Assembly: GCF_964204645.1 (NCBI RefSeq)
Contig: NC_134033.1
Location: 9,432,655-9,496,654, forward strand
DNA from: Tubulanus polymorphus
Taxonomy: Eukaryota; Animalia; Nemertea
Length of the DNA: 64,000 nt
Direction of reading: 5' to 3'
In this document: positions 12,361 through 25,005 of the stretch, piece after piece
Numbering within the stretch: position 1 is the first letter of the stretch
Layout of the letters: each line of letters begins with the position of its first letter
Position numbers and translations under genes: made by a program
The notes under the pieces: model-generated
Told to the model about the DNA's origin: nothing
Databases searched by the model: none
Seen by the model: only the letters and a program-made list of their open reading frames with translations

Positions 12361-13029
12361 ATGGAATCAGAACAACCACAAACTATAAATATTACAAATA
12401 ACACTGGCGTCAAAAATATATACTACAAGATGTGTTCTAAATGTGAATTAGATAAATTAGCTTTAACAGAATTTAGTAAGCGTAAGATTAGCAAAGATGG
12501 TTTTCAATATTGCTGTAAAACTTGTTTTAAACTATATACCAAACAATATAGAGAAGATAATAGAGAAGCTAATAATGATTATATGACAGAATATATGAGA
12601 GTAAGATATCAAACAGATATTAATTTTAGATTGAAACAATGCTTAAGATCTAGATTAACACAATTATTCAACAAAGAAACACATTCAGAAACACTATCTA
12701 ATTTATTGGGTTGTTCAGATGAATTCTTAAAATCATGGATTATATTTCAATTCGATGATAAAATGAATATAGATAATTATGGTGAATACTTTCATATTGA
12801 TCACGTGTTGCCGATTTCTAAATTTGACATGAGTGATGATTATAATAAGAAGCTAATATGGAACTGGAAAAATTTAAGGCCTTTAGAAAAGAAGGAAAAC
12901 ATAATTAAATCTAATAAACTAGATTTACAGTTATATTTAGATCAACTGGATAAAGCAAAGACATTTGTTGAATTATGGAATAGTATTTCACAGAATCAAC
13001 CGCATTCTGAGGTTTTGATCAGTGGTTAG
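12361..13029 (+). CDS. HNH endonuclease with N-terminal Cys4 zinc ribbon (large-DNA-virus type)
   Basis: CSKC...CKTC, HIDHVLP and NLRPLEKKENIIKSNK. Confidence 0.85.
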   Translation: MESEQPQTINITNNTGVKNIYYKMCSKCELDKLALTEFSKRKISKDGFQYCCKTCFKLYTKQYREDNREANNDYMTEYMRVRYQTDINFRLKQCLRSRLTQLFNKETHSETLSNLLGCSDEFLKSWIIFQFDDKMNIDNYGEYFHIDHVLPISKFDMSDDYNKKLIWNWKNLRPLEKKENIIKSNKLDLQLYLDQLDKAKTFVELWNSISQNQPHSEVLISG

Positions 13030-13365
13030 AAAGCTGGCAATTCTATTTGAGCTTTGTATGTATATAATACATAGCTTTTGCTTACTACTAAAACATGTTG
13101 CCAAATATATCTTGTTTTCAATTCTAAAGAATTAATCAACTTCATCATAAAGAACATCTGTGCAGAAATAATTAGTTTGGTTGAACGTGCGACACGTCGG
13201 CAGTTAGAAATCAACTTTCACATACATAGTACGTATTGGATATTCTCTCTCAAAACACAGTTTACAGTTCTAAATCTAAATGTAAGTACATATATTATGA
13301 AGTAGGGAAACCTTTAAACATATTTAAGTACAGTAATTCATTTTCACAACATCTTTTAGATTAAA

Positions 13366-14095
13366 ATGGAATACAGAGATCGACCAGAAATTCTAAGCCA
13401 ACCATCGGAAAAGGAACTAATGCTGCTGGATAGTGAAACACAGGAATCAATAGAAATGGAGGATAAAACTCTCGTAATTGACGAACAAACTTCACAAAAA
13501 TTACAAGAACATTTGGACTATCATCAAGAAATGGTGAAAATTCTGAGTGATGTAATACATAATAAACAATTACCGCGCGAACTACAATTACCAAAATTAC
13601 CAGCAACGCGACTTAAATTGCTGTTGGGACTCAAAGAACCGAAAACTAAGAAAATGAGTGGAGAAGAGTTGAACGAGTTTTTAAAATCTAAATTAATCAT
13701 TGACACAGATCATTTAAACTTTCCGGAAATACAAAGTGTAGAAGTTATTTCATTTGATGAAATTACTGATATCTTTAAAAAAAAGTTATAAAACCATATT
13801 AAATAGAAAAGCAAATCACCTATGGGACCACATCATTTTCGGGGGTTATCTAAATATAGGGTTTTCAATGTTTGATAAAGAAACTGAGGGGATTTCTTGG
13901 GGGCTGTGGGTTAAAAAGAACATAGATATCAGTGCCGGTTTTGAAAGAAAACTGAGAAGAGTAGGTAGATTAATAAAATATGAAAAATTCAAAATATTAG
14001 GAATAGCATTTAGTGAAGTAGTAAGATATTTACCAGAAATTGAAGAAATGATTGGAAACAATCCAGTAATTAAAGAATTCTGGACAAAATTATAA
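13366..14095 (+). CDS. Accessory gene(s) of unknown function: two overlapping ORFs, possibly one frameshifted gene
   Basis: ORFs 13366..13791 and 13754..14095 overlap at an A-run; decayed homologous sequence in copy C at ~24100-24470. Confidence 0.55.
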
Positions 14096-14182
14096 ATTAT
14101 AACACTGAAGGTCTTAGATATCAAAAATGTAATCTCGATTGTATATATCTGTTTCAATATTGTATTGTTTACTGTTAACTAA

Positions 14183-14395
14183 GTATTGCGCAATAACCGG
14201 TCCGATTGGACCGCTTTTCTATTGTTCTCCATTGTTCTATTATTAATCGTTGTTGACTGACACAGCTGCTCAATATTGATTGGTTACAGTTCTATGTTTG
14301 AATGTTGTAGTTTACAGAATAAAAATATAACTGTGTATTGCGCAATAACCGGTCCGATTGGACCGCATTTCTATTGTTCTCCATTGTTCTATTAT
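14183..14395. promoter_or_regulatory. ~60-bp direct repeat (2 copies) containing palindromes TATTGCGCAATA and GGTCCGATTGGACC
   Basis: Copies at ~14183-14243 and ~14335-14395; regulatory role is inferred. Confidence 0.5.
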
Positions 14396-14817
14396 CGATC
14401 GCTAAAATTTGTATAATAAATATATGTGTTTATGAAATAGTAATTCCACCAGTCGTTTCTTTGAATTTATTTTCAGTTTGAGGATTTATTATCGAGGATC
14501 CGAAATGACTTATCTGGACAGTTATAATTACTGCTCCTAATAGATAGACAATAGTAGTGAGATGGTGCCGTACGGCACCCACATGGTGATATTCAATCCT
14601 AATTTAAATAAAATATAATAAAAAAACAATAACTTCAACTAGCTAGTGAATTCTATTATATTTTTAATATTTTCTTTTCAAAAAAGAATACTTTATATCA
14701 CAAATAAAAAATACTAAAAAAACAATAACTAATACTAAAATTCTTTACCTTTAACTAAGCTAGTATTAATCTAAAGAGATACTTATATTTTTTTTTTCGC
14801 TTTTTTCTCTAATATAA

Positions 14818-15432
14818 ATGTCAAAGAAATCGTGTAAGAATAGTATTGATATTGAAAAGACATTAGATGATTTGGGTATAAGTGATAATAAAGATACAGT
14901 TGTAACTAATTGTGCTCAAGTTAATTGTAATATAGATTATGAATACTATTTATATTGTAAGCATCATCTAGAACTATTGATTGCCGGTGGAAAAACTAAG
15001 GATTTCTTGGGAAAAATAATAACTTTTCAAGAATTAGATGCTATGAAACCAGATAAAGTAATAAAATATTTTAAGATTTATGAAGAAGCAAGATTAGCCC
15101 GAATAAATGATTCTATTTCAGATGGTATTGTCAAATGTTATTCTAAGTTATGTAACCAGTTAATACCAATTAATGATGAAAATAAATTATATAGTGATTT
15201 GAAAAATGACTACTAAGTTATGACTGAATTACAAAAATGGGTTGGTTATGCTTCATTTCAATTAGGATCTGTTATGACATTAATTTCTACTGGCGTCATA
15301 ACATTTTCGAACATCAAGCCTATGGAATATAAATCAGGTAAGAACGAAACAGATGACGCTGTACTACAACCAAACGTCGAAACAGAAAATGAATCAGAAC
15401 CAGAACAAAAATTAACTAAAATAAATGAGTGA
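14818..15432 (+). pseudogene. Homologue of the 200-aa conserved Polinton protein, with an in-frame stop at 15214
   Basis: Aligns with 25919..26521. Confidence 0.85.
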
Positions 15433-15793
15433 TGGCGTTAAGGAAAAGCCTAGATCCGAGAAACAAATTAAATGGGCAAGAGAATTAGGTAAAAGATCTT
15501 CATAATTAAAAAAAGCTAAGAAAAAGAAATTAACTGATATAAATGAATCACAGACTTTATCTGATATTGATTCAAGTAATAATCCATCTGATTCTTCTAA
15601 TGCTGGAAGTAATTATAAATTATATATTACAATAGGATTAGTAACAGTTATTATATTATCCGGTGTAATATATAAATCAAAATTCAAATCTGATGATAAA
15701 TATGATTCAAATGACAATAAACCAATCATACCAGAAAATAAGTCAAATCATAAAACCATTGAAACTAAATCTAAATTATTATTAATGGATTAA
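15425..15793 (+). pseudogene. Homologue of the 119-aa basic/TM protein, disrupted
   Basis: Aligns with 26514..26873 but contains a premature stop. Confidence 0.75.
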
Positions 15794-15799
15794 AATAAG

Positions 15800-16886
15800 A
15801 TGAAAAAAGAACAATATTTAAGAGATTTATATTATAACCCAGAAAGTGAAGTATCATATTCTAACGTTACAGAATTATGGAATAAAAATAAAGTCTGATA
15901 ATGGTGGTATAAAATATAGTGAATTAAAACCATGGTTACAAAATCAACCCACATATCAAATCCACAAGAAAATGGATAAAAATTATTTAACAAGAAAAGT
16001 TATGGTTTCATATATTGATCAACAATGGCAAGCAGATTTAATTGACATGAAGAACTTAGAGGAATACAACAAAGGATATTTCTGGATACTGAATGTAATA
16101 GACATATTCAGTCGATACGCATGGTCAATTCCAATCAAAAATAAAACTGGTATAGAAGTTACAAATGCTTTTAAATCTATATTTAAAGAAGCTATTCCAG
16201 ATAAGATACAATTTGATGAAGGTAAGGAATTTCATAACAAACATTTTACAAAACTATTATCTGATAACGATGTAAAATATTTTTCAACACACTCGGATAA
16301 AAAAGCATCTATTATAGAAAGATTTAATAAAACATTGAAAACTAGAATGTGGAAATATTTTACTGCTAATGAAACATATAAATATATCGATATATTAGAT
16401 GATTTAGTGAAAGGTTATAATAATTCTAAACATAGTTCTATAAATATGAAACCTATACAAGCTAGAAAAGAAGAAAATTCGGCAATAGTTTGGAATAATT
16501 TATATGGCGCGTTTGTTACACATGATTTCGGAGAACCTAAATCTAAAATTGGACAACATGTTAGAATATCTAAATATAGAAAAACGTTTTATAAAGGTTA
16601 TACTCCAAATTTTACAGAAGAAATATTCAAGATTAAAAAGATAATATTAACTAAACCATTTGTTTATAAACTAGAAGATCTAAAAGATGAAGAAATATTA
16701 GGTTATTTCTATGAACAAGAATTATCACTTGTACCAAATCCAGATGAAATAGAATATAAAATAGAAAAAGTATTGAAAACAAAAACTCTTAAAGGAAAAA
16801 AGTATTCTTTTGTGAAATATAAAGGATATGATGATAAATTTAATGAATGGATTTTATCTAGTAAAATTAAAAGAATAAATGAATAA
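15800..16886 (+). pseudogene. rve integrase with C-terminal chromo-like domain, 5' frameshift (copy B)
   Basis: WQADL / QFDEGKEF / IERFNKTLK triad; frameshift near 15860. Confidence 0.9.
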
Positions 16887-17487
16887 AGATTTATTTATAT
16901 TCGAACCGCATAATATGTTAGTTACTGGTGTTACCAATTGTGGTAAAACACATTTCATATTAGATTTGTTAGAAACTATTTATAAGAATCATTTTGATAA
17001 TATAATATTATTCTGCCCTACTTATGAAATGAATAAAACATATAATAGAGATATAGTTAAGACAAAAAAGTTTTATTATATTAGACCCTAAAACAGTAAA
17101 AGAAAATTTAGATAATTGTATTAATATAGCAATTGATACTTATAAAGGATCAAATACATAATTCATTATAGATGATTGCGCAAATTTACATGATTCAGAA
17201 GTGAGAGAAAGTGAGTTACGTTACCTAGCTTTTTCTAGGATTTCGGGATAACAACATGGGTTTTAAATCAAAAATATAATTCAGTTGTTAAAGACTTTAG
17301 GGAGAATATAAGATTTCTAGTTTTATTTTATAACAAAGATAAAAAATCTATGCAACAATCATTGGAAGAAAATCAAATTATACCTACTGAATTACATTAT
17401 GAATATATGAATAAATTAAAGAATAATAAAGGTTCAAAATTATTACTGAGATTACAATTTCCATATGAATATAAATTTATAAAATAA
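16879..17487 (+). pseudogene. A32/FtsK-like packaging ATPase, frameshifted (copy B)
   Basis: Walker A GVTNCGKT; aligns with 27958..28569. Confidence 0.9.
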
Positions 17488-17504
17488 CTATTTATAATTT
17501 GGAA

Positions 17505-17893
17505 TATTATAGAAACTAATTTATATATCTATGTACTAGACGAACGAGTAAGAAAGTAAGATTCTTGCCAAGAAAGTAAGAAAGTAAGAATCTTGGTAAG
17601 AATTCTTACGTACGTCTAGTATATAGATATATAAATTAGTTTTATAATAATTATTCTAAATTTAAATTATAAAAATGAATAAATTATATGTTTTCTCTTA
17701 ATAATAATAAAAATAGATTATATTATAACTATTTCTATACTTAGATTAATAATTTCATGTTTTTAATTTTTATGAAAACTATTATATAGATATCTATGTA
17801 CTAGACGTACGAGTAAGAAAGTAAGATTTCTTGGATTCTTGGATTCTTACTCGTACGTCTAGTATATAGTTATATGAATTAGTTTTATAATAA
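17505..17893. terminator. Paired hairpins between convergent gene blocks (copy B)
   Basis: CTAGACG...CGTCTAG stems at ~17512-17650 and ~17777-17893; terminator role is inferred from position. Confidence 0.45.
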
Positions 17894-19130
17894 TTATTCT
17901 AATTTTGTTTCTAATATATTTATAAAATCATCTCTGTTTATATCTAATTCACCAAAAGTCTTAGGTAGATTTATTAATTTTAATTGAGCCATCTTAACAT
18001 AATTATTAGTAGGTAAATAAGCTTTTTCTCTTAATTTTTCTAAGTATTCATCAAAATCATCATAATCAAAATCAAAATGATGTCCAAAATTATTTATCAG
18101 ATAACTTAAATCTATTTTTCTTAAATATAATAATTTATATATTTGTTTAGGATTATCTTCTGCATAAGCTAATAATTTATCAAATAACAACTTATAGAAT
18201 ATATAATATTGGTTAGTTTTAGGATTAAAATATTTGATATATTTATTTGGGTTATTTAACAATGGTATCATACTCACCATTTTATAAACATTAATTAGAT
18301 GTAACTTTGATTTATAATGAGTATTTTCATCAACAGGTTCAATTTTCTTATTACAATATTGGCACATTTTATTTCTTTCTATTTCTTCTAATTTCTTTTC
18401 ATGTGTTTCTAACTTCATTTCATTTTCGATATGCACTTGAGATTTTTTATGTTTAGAAAAATTACTTTTAGAAATTATCTAAATCACAAATGTTACAATG
18501 TTTTTTAGAATCATCAATTGTTTCATTATCTGTTATATCATTATCATTAGTTTCAATTGGGTTAACATTATTTATTACATTATCTGTTATATTATCTATG
18601 GTATCATTTGTTTCAATTGTATTAACATTATCTTTTATATTACTAACTGATATATTATTATAATTATTATTCTTTTCTATTTCTATATGTTTCTTTGATT
18701 TCTTATGTGATGCCCAATTTTTATATGATATATATTTCTTACATACATCACAACATTTTTTATTATAATCTTTTTTTGATTCAATATCATATGTAGAGGG
18801 TATATTATAAGATGTAGATGCTGTTACATCTTCTATTTTAGTTTCAATATTTTTACTATCTTCTATTTTAGTTTCAATATTATCTTCTATTTTATATTCA
18901 ATATCATTCTTATCTTCTATTTTATATTCAATATCATTCTTAACTTCTATTTTAGGTTCAATATTATTTTCTTTTTTTGTTTCAATATTCTTATCTATTT
19001 TACTTATTCTATATTTGAATTGATTAAAGTATTCTCCAAAATACATACAATATTCATCATAAGGTAATATATAATATAAATCTGATATCATTTCACTTGG
19101 AGTTTGTATTTTACATATTCCACCTTCCAT
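17894..19130 (-). pseudogene. Multi-C2H2 zinc-finger protein with acidic repeats, split near 18470 (copy B)
   Basis: CDVC..H..H, CNIC and CQYC..H..H motifs; IEDKNDIEYK repeats. Confidence 0.8.
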
Positions 19131-19179
19131 TTAATATAAGATTTTTTATTAAAGTTAAAATTTTAATATTTCATAACAC

Positions 19180-20427
19180 TTAATACATAACACTATTTAA
19201 TTGAGAATTTACAATATTTAATTGCGCGTCAGATATAATATAAATGTGCATTTTGAAATTTAGGCTTCCTTTTTTCTTTGTCATGAATAATTGTATTCCA
19301 TCTTTAGTGTTTTGTAATTTTTTTCCAGAACCATGTAATGAATTATCCTCTGTTGTTCTAAAATCTAACCATAATGCATATTTATTACCGGTATAATAAT
19401 CAATTTGATTAATATTACAATTTTCAGATGATTTTACTTTTTTATTCATAAAATGTTTTCTAATTTCTGGCCATTGATCTATCATTCTCATTCCTTGACA
19501 AAATATTTTATTTGCTATTCCTTCGATAGTTATTTCTACTTTTGTTATTTCAGGATTATAATACTTATCAACCTGTATTGCACCATTAGAATATGTTGCA
19601 ATGGTAAAAAATATTAATATACCTTTAATAGATCTTCTTGGGAAGTTAATATTCTCATTAAATATTTCATCATTTGCATTAATAGTTACGGTTTTAAATT
19701 TATCAATATAATCATATAATAATGAAAATCCTTGGTTGTATTGAGTTTGAATTATGCTAGCAATATTTTCATCAGTTACTGTATCATATTCCAAACATAT
19801 ATTCGATAATTTATAACTCATATCTTTAACAACGCTAGATATTACAATTTCATTAACAGGAGCAAATGTTATTTCGAGTATAACATCTTCTTGAATTGCG
19901 TATTTATACAAAGGTGCATTATTATTTATCAATTCAAAGTCTAATGGAATTTTATATTTGCTTCCATAAATCTTTTTTATCAAATTATCTGCGGTACGAG
20001 TTACTATTGCGTCATTAGCTCCTGATCTTAATTTATTTTGGTTTTCTGATTGGATGCCTTGAAATATCATATTATTTCTATGTTCTTTAGTTAACCATAA
20101 ATCTTTATAATGCATAAATAAATTATAATCATCTAATGAGAAAACTGTTTCTGGGCCGATCTTTATAGTTAATTTTTCAATAAAATATCTCCCAACATTA
20201 TCAACAACATAATTATTATTATTACCGATTACTTTTATATCGGCTGATAAATAAATACTATTTGGAACATAAAAAGTATTTTGTGTTAATCTAGGAATTC
20301 TAACATATAAAGTTTCATCGGGATTAATATTAGAAGGGTTATGAGTAATTATATGATGCGATCTTTCTGCTTTAATAGCATTAGATATTCTATGATTCTT
20401 AGAAGGATTGATATAACTCCCACTCAT
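19180..20427 (-). CDS. Major capsid protein (double jelly-roll, Polinton type), intact
   Basis: 415 aa, beta-rich; ITHNPSNI, NVGR..I.KLTIKIG, YKDLW and YALWLDFRT motifs; position in the structural block. Confidence 0.82.
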   Translation of the reverse strand: MSGSYINPSKNHRISNAIKAERSHHIITHNPSNINPDETLYVRIPRLTQNTFYVPNSIYLSADIKVIGNNNNYVVDNVGRYFIEKLTIKIGPETVFSLDDYNLFMHYKDLWLTKEHRNNMIFQGIQSENQNKLRSGANDAIVTRTADNLIKKIYGSKYKIPLDFELINNNAPLYKYAIQEDVILEITFAPVNEIVISSVVKDMSYKLSNICLEYDTVTDENIASIIQTQYNQGFSLLYDYIDKFKTVTINANDEIFNENINFPRRSIKGILIFFTIATYSNGAIQVDKYYNPEITKVEITIEGIANKIFCQGMRMIDQWPEIRKHFMNKKVKSSENCNINQIDYYTGNKYALWLDFRTTEDNSLHGSGKKLQNTKDGIQLFMTKKKGSLNFKMHIYIISDAQLNIVNSQLNSVMY

Positions 20428-20446
20428 TTATTTCACAAAAAATTAA

Positions 20447-21890
20447 TTATTTATTTTTGATCATGTTCACTAAGCCAAAAAGAATTGCACTTACAACTGT
20501 AATTAAAAATAAAATAATATGTTCAGCAGCAAAGTTAATAATGTTTCCTGCAGATTTCAATATAAAACCAACAATTAATGCAATAATTCCTGGTAAAGCT
20601 GCAGCAGATTTTTTAGATAGTTCCCATAAATATTTTGCTAATTTTTTTAAACCATCTTTAACTTTATCTTGTATTGAATTATTATCTGGGGGTTTATCCG
20701 GTTTATTGGGAGTAGGAGTAGATTTCAGTGAATTTGATGTTGCTAAACCAATTGTTGTAAATAGCATAGTTACAGCTGTTAGAATTGAAAGAATTGTTAT
20801 TCCTTCTAACTTAAATAATAATCTTATTCTATCTTTCAATGATATTTTAGAATTTGGTTTTATCAACAAATCTTTAAAAACATCTTTTAAAATTATTACC
20901 AAATTCTTTTAATAATATATCTCTTTCACCTTTCAGTACTTCTAAATTATCTTTTAAATTATTAATTTCTTTTTCTAAACGTGATTCTTTTTGCTTATAT
21001 TCTATTTCATCAATTACTTGACGATCTAAATCAGACTTTAATTGTTCTATTTCTTTATTTTTATCATTTAATTCTTTTTCTAAATTGTTAATTTTAATAT
21101 CTCTTATACTTTTTTCATGCGCAATTTTATCAGCCGATTCTTGCATACCTTTAATTTCTCTACGTGTTTGTTCAGGATATGCTTCTAATTCATCATCAGT
21201 TAAATCAAGTAATCCCTTCGGTAAAAGTTTTTCAGTTTGAACTTCGTTTGATTTAGGTTTACAAGTTTTGGAAGTTTTATTCTGTTCAGAAGTTGTTTCT
21301 GTTTCTAAATTATTATCGATTGTTTCAAATAATTCATTAATTCTTTGTTTTAATACTCTTTCATTTTTAATAATTTCTTCTTGTGTTACATCTTCTATTT
21401 CATTACTATTTCTTATTCTCTTAATTCTAGATAGTAATGAGTCAGACTTAAGCAATGTTGATTCTGCTAATATTTTGTTTTGTTTTTTCTAAGAGATATC
21501 AATATAATAATCATCTTTCAAATGATAATAATATTCACCATCTAAAGATTTTAATTCTTGTACTAAAAGTCTGGCGCCTCTATCATTTATATTATATCCA
21601 GAATCTTTAAATACACGTTGAAAATCATACATAAATTCAATATTTTCTAAATTTTGTCTTGATAAACCTTGGTCTAAATTTTCAGTAGGTATTCTCGATC
21701 AAGTTCTTCTATCAAATTCATCTGTTGATGGGGCTTTAGAACCACTATCTGCTAAATTAGAATTATATGCTGTATCATTATCATTATCAATATTAGTATC
21801 AGCAGTCATATAATCATCATTGTTAGTATTAGCATCATCATTATTTCCCATGCCTTCCATTTCATAATCTTCTCCACCTTTTACATCCAT
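20447..21890 (-). pseudogene. Coiled-coil protein with C-terminal TM helices, disrupted (copy B)
   Basis: Fragments 21699..21890, 20874..21455 and 20447..20902 align with 31435..32901. Confidence 0.82.
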
Positions 21891-21905
21891 TTACATAACA
21901 AAAAA

Positions 21906-22959
21906 TTAAAATTTAAAATATAACATTCCTCCGATTACAATTCCTATACAAGTTATAGCTAATTTAGTATTTTCATGGGATTTATTATCATCATTAGTTT
22001 TAATTATTTCATGTTGAATAATATCAGTTCTAATATCTTCCGATGTATTGTTATCTTTTATTTTAGAATCATTATTTAATATAATATTATTAGTTTTAGT
22101 TTCTGTTGATTGAATGTGTTTTTTTATTTTTTTCACCTTCCATTAATTTTGGAGCAGTAATTATCTTTTTATTTATATCATTCAATCCAAATGAATTATT
22201 TATTGTTGCAGTTTTAATTAGATTATTATAACCAATTATGTTTCCCATCTTTAATACTAAATCATTAGAAATAATAAATAGATTAGGGCCTATACAATAA
22301 TTTAATCTAATATGTGATTTATCTAAATGATTTTGATATCTTACAATGTTTTCTGGAATAGATCTATTTTTATCATTATGAATTGAATCTTCAAATAATA
22401 CTTTGAATTGTTTCTGCACATCGAATGAAGTGTTATCATTTCCAATTATTGGGGATCTTGTTTCAACTTGCGCACCTAAAATACATATCAAATAAGTTCT
22501 AATAGATGGATTTATTCTTTGTATACCAGCTTTAGTAAAACCTTCACTATTTTCTAAAATGAAATTAACCCAACCATTATTGTTTTGTTGTTGTATATTA
22601 TTATAATATTTTGGTAATTCATTCCAATTTAGCGTTCTTATATCTGAATTTGTCATTATTTTTCCAAATTCTTTAGTATATAATATTCCTAATCCACCCA
22701 TTGTTCCAATTTTTGCTCTAAAATCTTTATTTGAATTAATATTAAATTCATTACATATTTTATAAAACTTAGAAAAATTAATATTATTATTCAATTCTTT
22801 AAAATATTTTGAACCTGGTAAAGGACATTCTAATTCATCTAATATTAATTTTATTTGAAAATATGTATGAAATCTAAAAAGTGATAACATCAATGGTAAA
22901 CTTGGTTTGTTTAAATGATTATTCCAACTAATTCCACATCCTGTTGTTGCACAATAAAC
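21906..22959 (-). pseudogene. 433/462-aa TM-anchored protein, 5'-truncated and frameshifted (copy B)
   Basis: Homology starts at VYCATTGCGISW. Confidence 0.85.
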
Positions 22960-23301
22960 GATCCCTTTCCCCCACAGCGAACGCTTACTCCGAATGTCAA
23001 GTGAGTCCAGCATACGGATAGGAGTGTGTTATATACTTGTATTTAGTAAATAACTTGTGCATTTGACAATGATCGGTATGTACTGTAGGAAATATAGAGT
23101 ATTGATGGTATTGATATAGAGGTTGAAGCCCGCGGCCGAATAAAGTAATATATTCTTTTATTTTGATACCTCGTCGACATAACAGCTTTTCTCCGCTATA
23201 TCTCTTCGGCGTGTTTAGTTTAGGCCTACGATTCCCCGGTACACTAAAGATTTATCTTAGTAAATACACGGTTAATTCGGTGAAGAAAAATAGGTATTGT
23301 T

Positions 23302-23673
23302 AGTAATAGGGATAATAGGCTTTCAGGCCAAAGGTCGAACGGTCGAGCTCGTAAAAAATGAAAATAATAATAATTTACAGTTGAATTAGTCGCGCACACT
23401 CCTAATTCAACTGTAAATTATTATTATTTTCATTTTTACTCACCCGCCCGTTCAACCTTTGACCTGAAAGCCTATTATCCCTATTACTCTTAAAATATTC
23501 ACATATATGAATAATATTTAAATCATTGAACTTCTAAAATCAATTTTAATAAAAAATATAGTATTAAAATGGAAGCAAATAAATACTACTGCCCAACATG
23601 TAATATCGATATAGACAAATCCCAAAAAGCAAGACACAATAAAACTATAACACATTTAGAGAATAAATTGAAA
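23302..23673. repeat. Left TIR of copy C (187-bp terminal fold-back at 23302-23488, promoter and first 35 pPolB codons)
   Basis: Reverse complement of 40805-41176. Confidence 0.95.
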
Positions 23674-23829
23674 CTAGAGTATTCAGAACAGTTAACAAAA
23701 GGAAAGAAATTTATTGAATTATGGAATAATGATCCAAATAATGAACAATACGTTGAGGATACGATGTTTATACTAGAACATGATTCTATTTTAGCCTATA
23801 TACATTCAATGTACAGAGCTATAGAATAA
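23569..23829 (+). CDS. Chimeric stub ORF (pPolB N-terminal zinc finger + HNH C-terminal relic)
   Basis: Same architecture as 1725..1976. Confidence 0.55.
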   Translation: MEANKYYCPTCNIDIDKSQKARHNKTITHLENKLKLEYSEQLTKGKKFIELWNNDPNNEQYVEDTMFILEHDSILAYIHSMYRAIE

Positions 23830-23917
23830 ATCGATAAATTCACAGCTGTTACAGTTGTTACTATAACGACGAGATATTATGATTCATAATATTACAAATT
23901 GTGCTGGAACTCTGAAT

Positions 23918-24035
23918 AGAGATGACGCATCATAATTAGAAACGTGTAGAATATTCTAGAACCGGAACTAGATGGCGTGGTATAATCAACGACGTGTCAT
24001 TCTAGAAAGGCGTGCCGGAACTAGATGACGGGATA
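23918..24035. promoter_or_regulatory. Cluster of CCGGAACTAGATG repeats with TGACG and AGATGGCG motifs
   Basis: CCGGAACTAGATG at ~23962 and ~24015; GC-richer than the coding regions; function inferred. Confidence 0.35.
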
Positions 24036-24544
24036 TACGCTGTAATATTGTGCTCAGGATATTCTATCTTTCGAAACGAAATAAGGAGTTTATAGTTTAC
24101 AATTATAAATCTAAATGTAAGTACTGTTTTTTGTAGTTATTGGGGCTATTAAATATGAAACCTTTAGATATATTTAAGTGTATTTAGTATATCTTTTAGA
24201 TAGCTAGAGTTACCGCTAATATCTTTTAGATTAATAAAACGCCATACGCATCAAGAAGTGATAGAGAAACTCAAGATACTCTTTCTGACTGAGGAATCAA
24301 CAGCAATGGATATCAAACCAATAGAAATTAGCACAAGAAACACAAGAATCGCCAAAAGATCGACGAAGAAACTATATAAGGATTTCAAAAACATTAAGAC
24401 TCCAATGATTAAGTTTAACATTTGTTGATGTAGTTAAATATTTACCAGCAATTGAAAAAATGTTTGTAATTATAAATTGTATTTATAGAAATCAAATGAT
24501 GTATTGGAAGAAACGACCGAACAACTTGTATAATGTATTGTGTA

Positions 24545-24870
24545 AATCTGATTGATGAATTTTTATGTTCGGTCGTTTCTATTCAGAATGAATATATGAT
24601 TATGATTAGCGCATGCGCATTGATCAAAAGCGCGCACGAATGCGCGCTTTTGCTCAGGTATGATTTGTGAATTTTTATGTTTAGTCGTTTCTATTATGAT
24701 TAACGCATACGCATTAAGCAAAACCGGCCATAAATGGCCGAATGTAACACATGTAACACATGTAACGCATGTGTTGTTTCTATTTTACAGAATTTACAGA
24801 ATGAATATATAATTATGATTAGCGCATGCGCATTAAGCAAAAGCGCGCATGAATGCGCGGTTTTGCCCAG
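24545..24870. repeat. Imperfect triple repeat with GCGCATGCGC palindromes followed by GC-rich mini-hairpins
   Basis: GCGCATGCGC at 24609 and 24822, variant at ~24703; CAAAAGCGCGCA-CGAA-TGCGCGCTTTTG at ~24626. Confidence 0.65.
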
Positions 24871-25005
24871 TGGTATTATTTAGATATCAAGGAATCGAAA
24901 CAACTTATCAAAAGCAGCGAGGAATGAAAAAGGATGACGTTAGTCGGAGAAATGGAAGAGGATTCTAAAATATTAACCAATTTAGTAAAAAAATACGTAT
25001 AATAA

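Larger units (their letters stand above)
11745..22959. mobile_element. Polinton copy B, left half, decayed
   Basis: Starts AGTAATAGGG at 11745; carries HNH, integrase, ATPase and MCP; breaks off inside the 433/462-aa gene. Confidence 0.92.

Noticed and set aside
20457-20912. Antisense ORFs over structural genes (also 31430..31906, 60912..61457, 4512..4718, 34318..34524, 29469..29843 and others)
   Set aside because: Shadow frames of conserved AT-rich genes; they lack TAAATG starts and recur only because the sense gene recurs.
23302-23488. Covalently closed poxvirus-like or parvovirus flip/flop telomeres
   Set aside because: All visible ends have the same arm polarity, and C is integrated at the outer AG...CT with a TSD. 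No flip/flop isomer is seen here.
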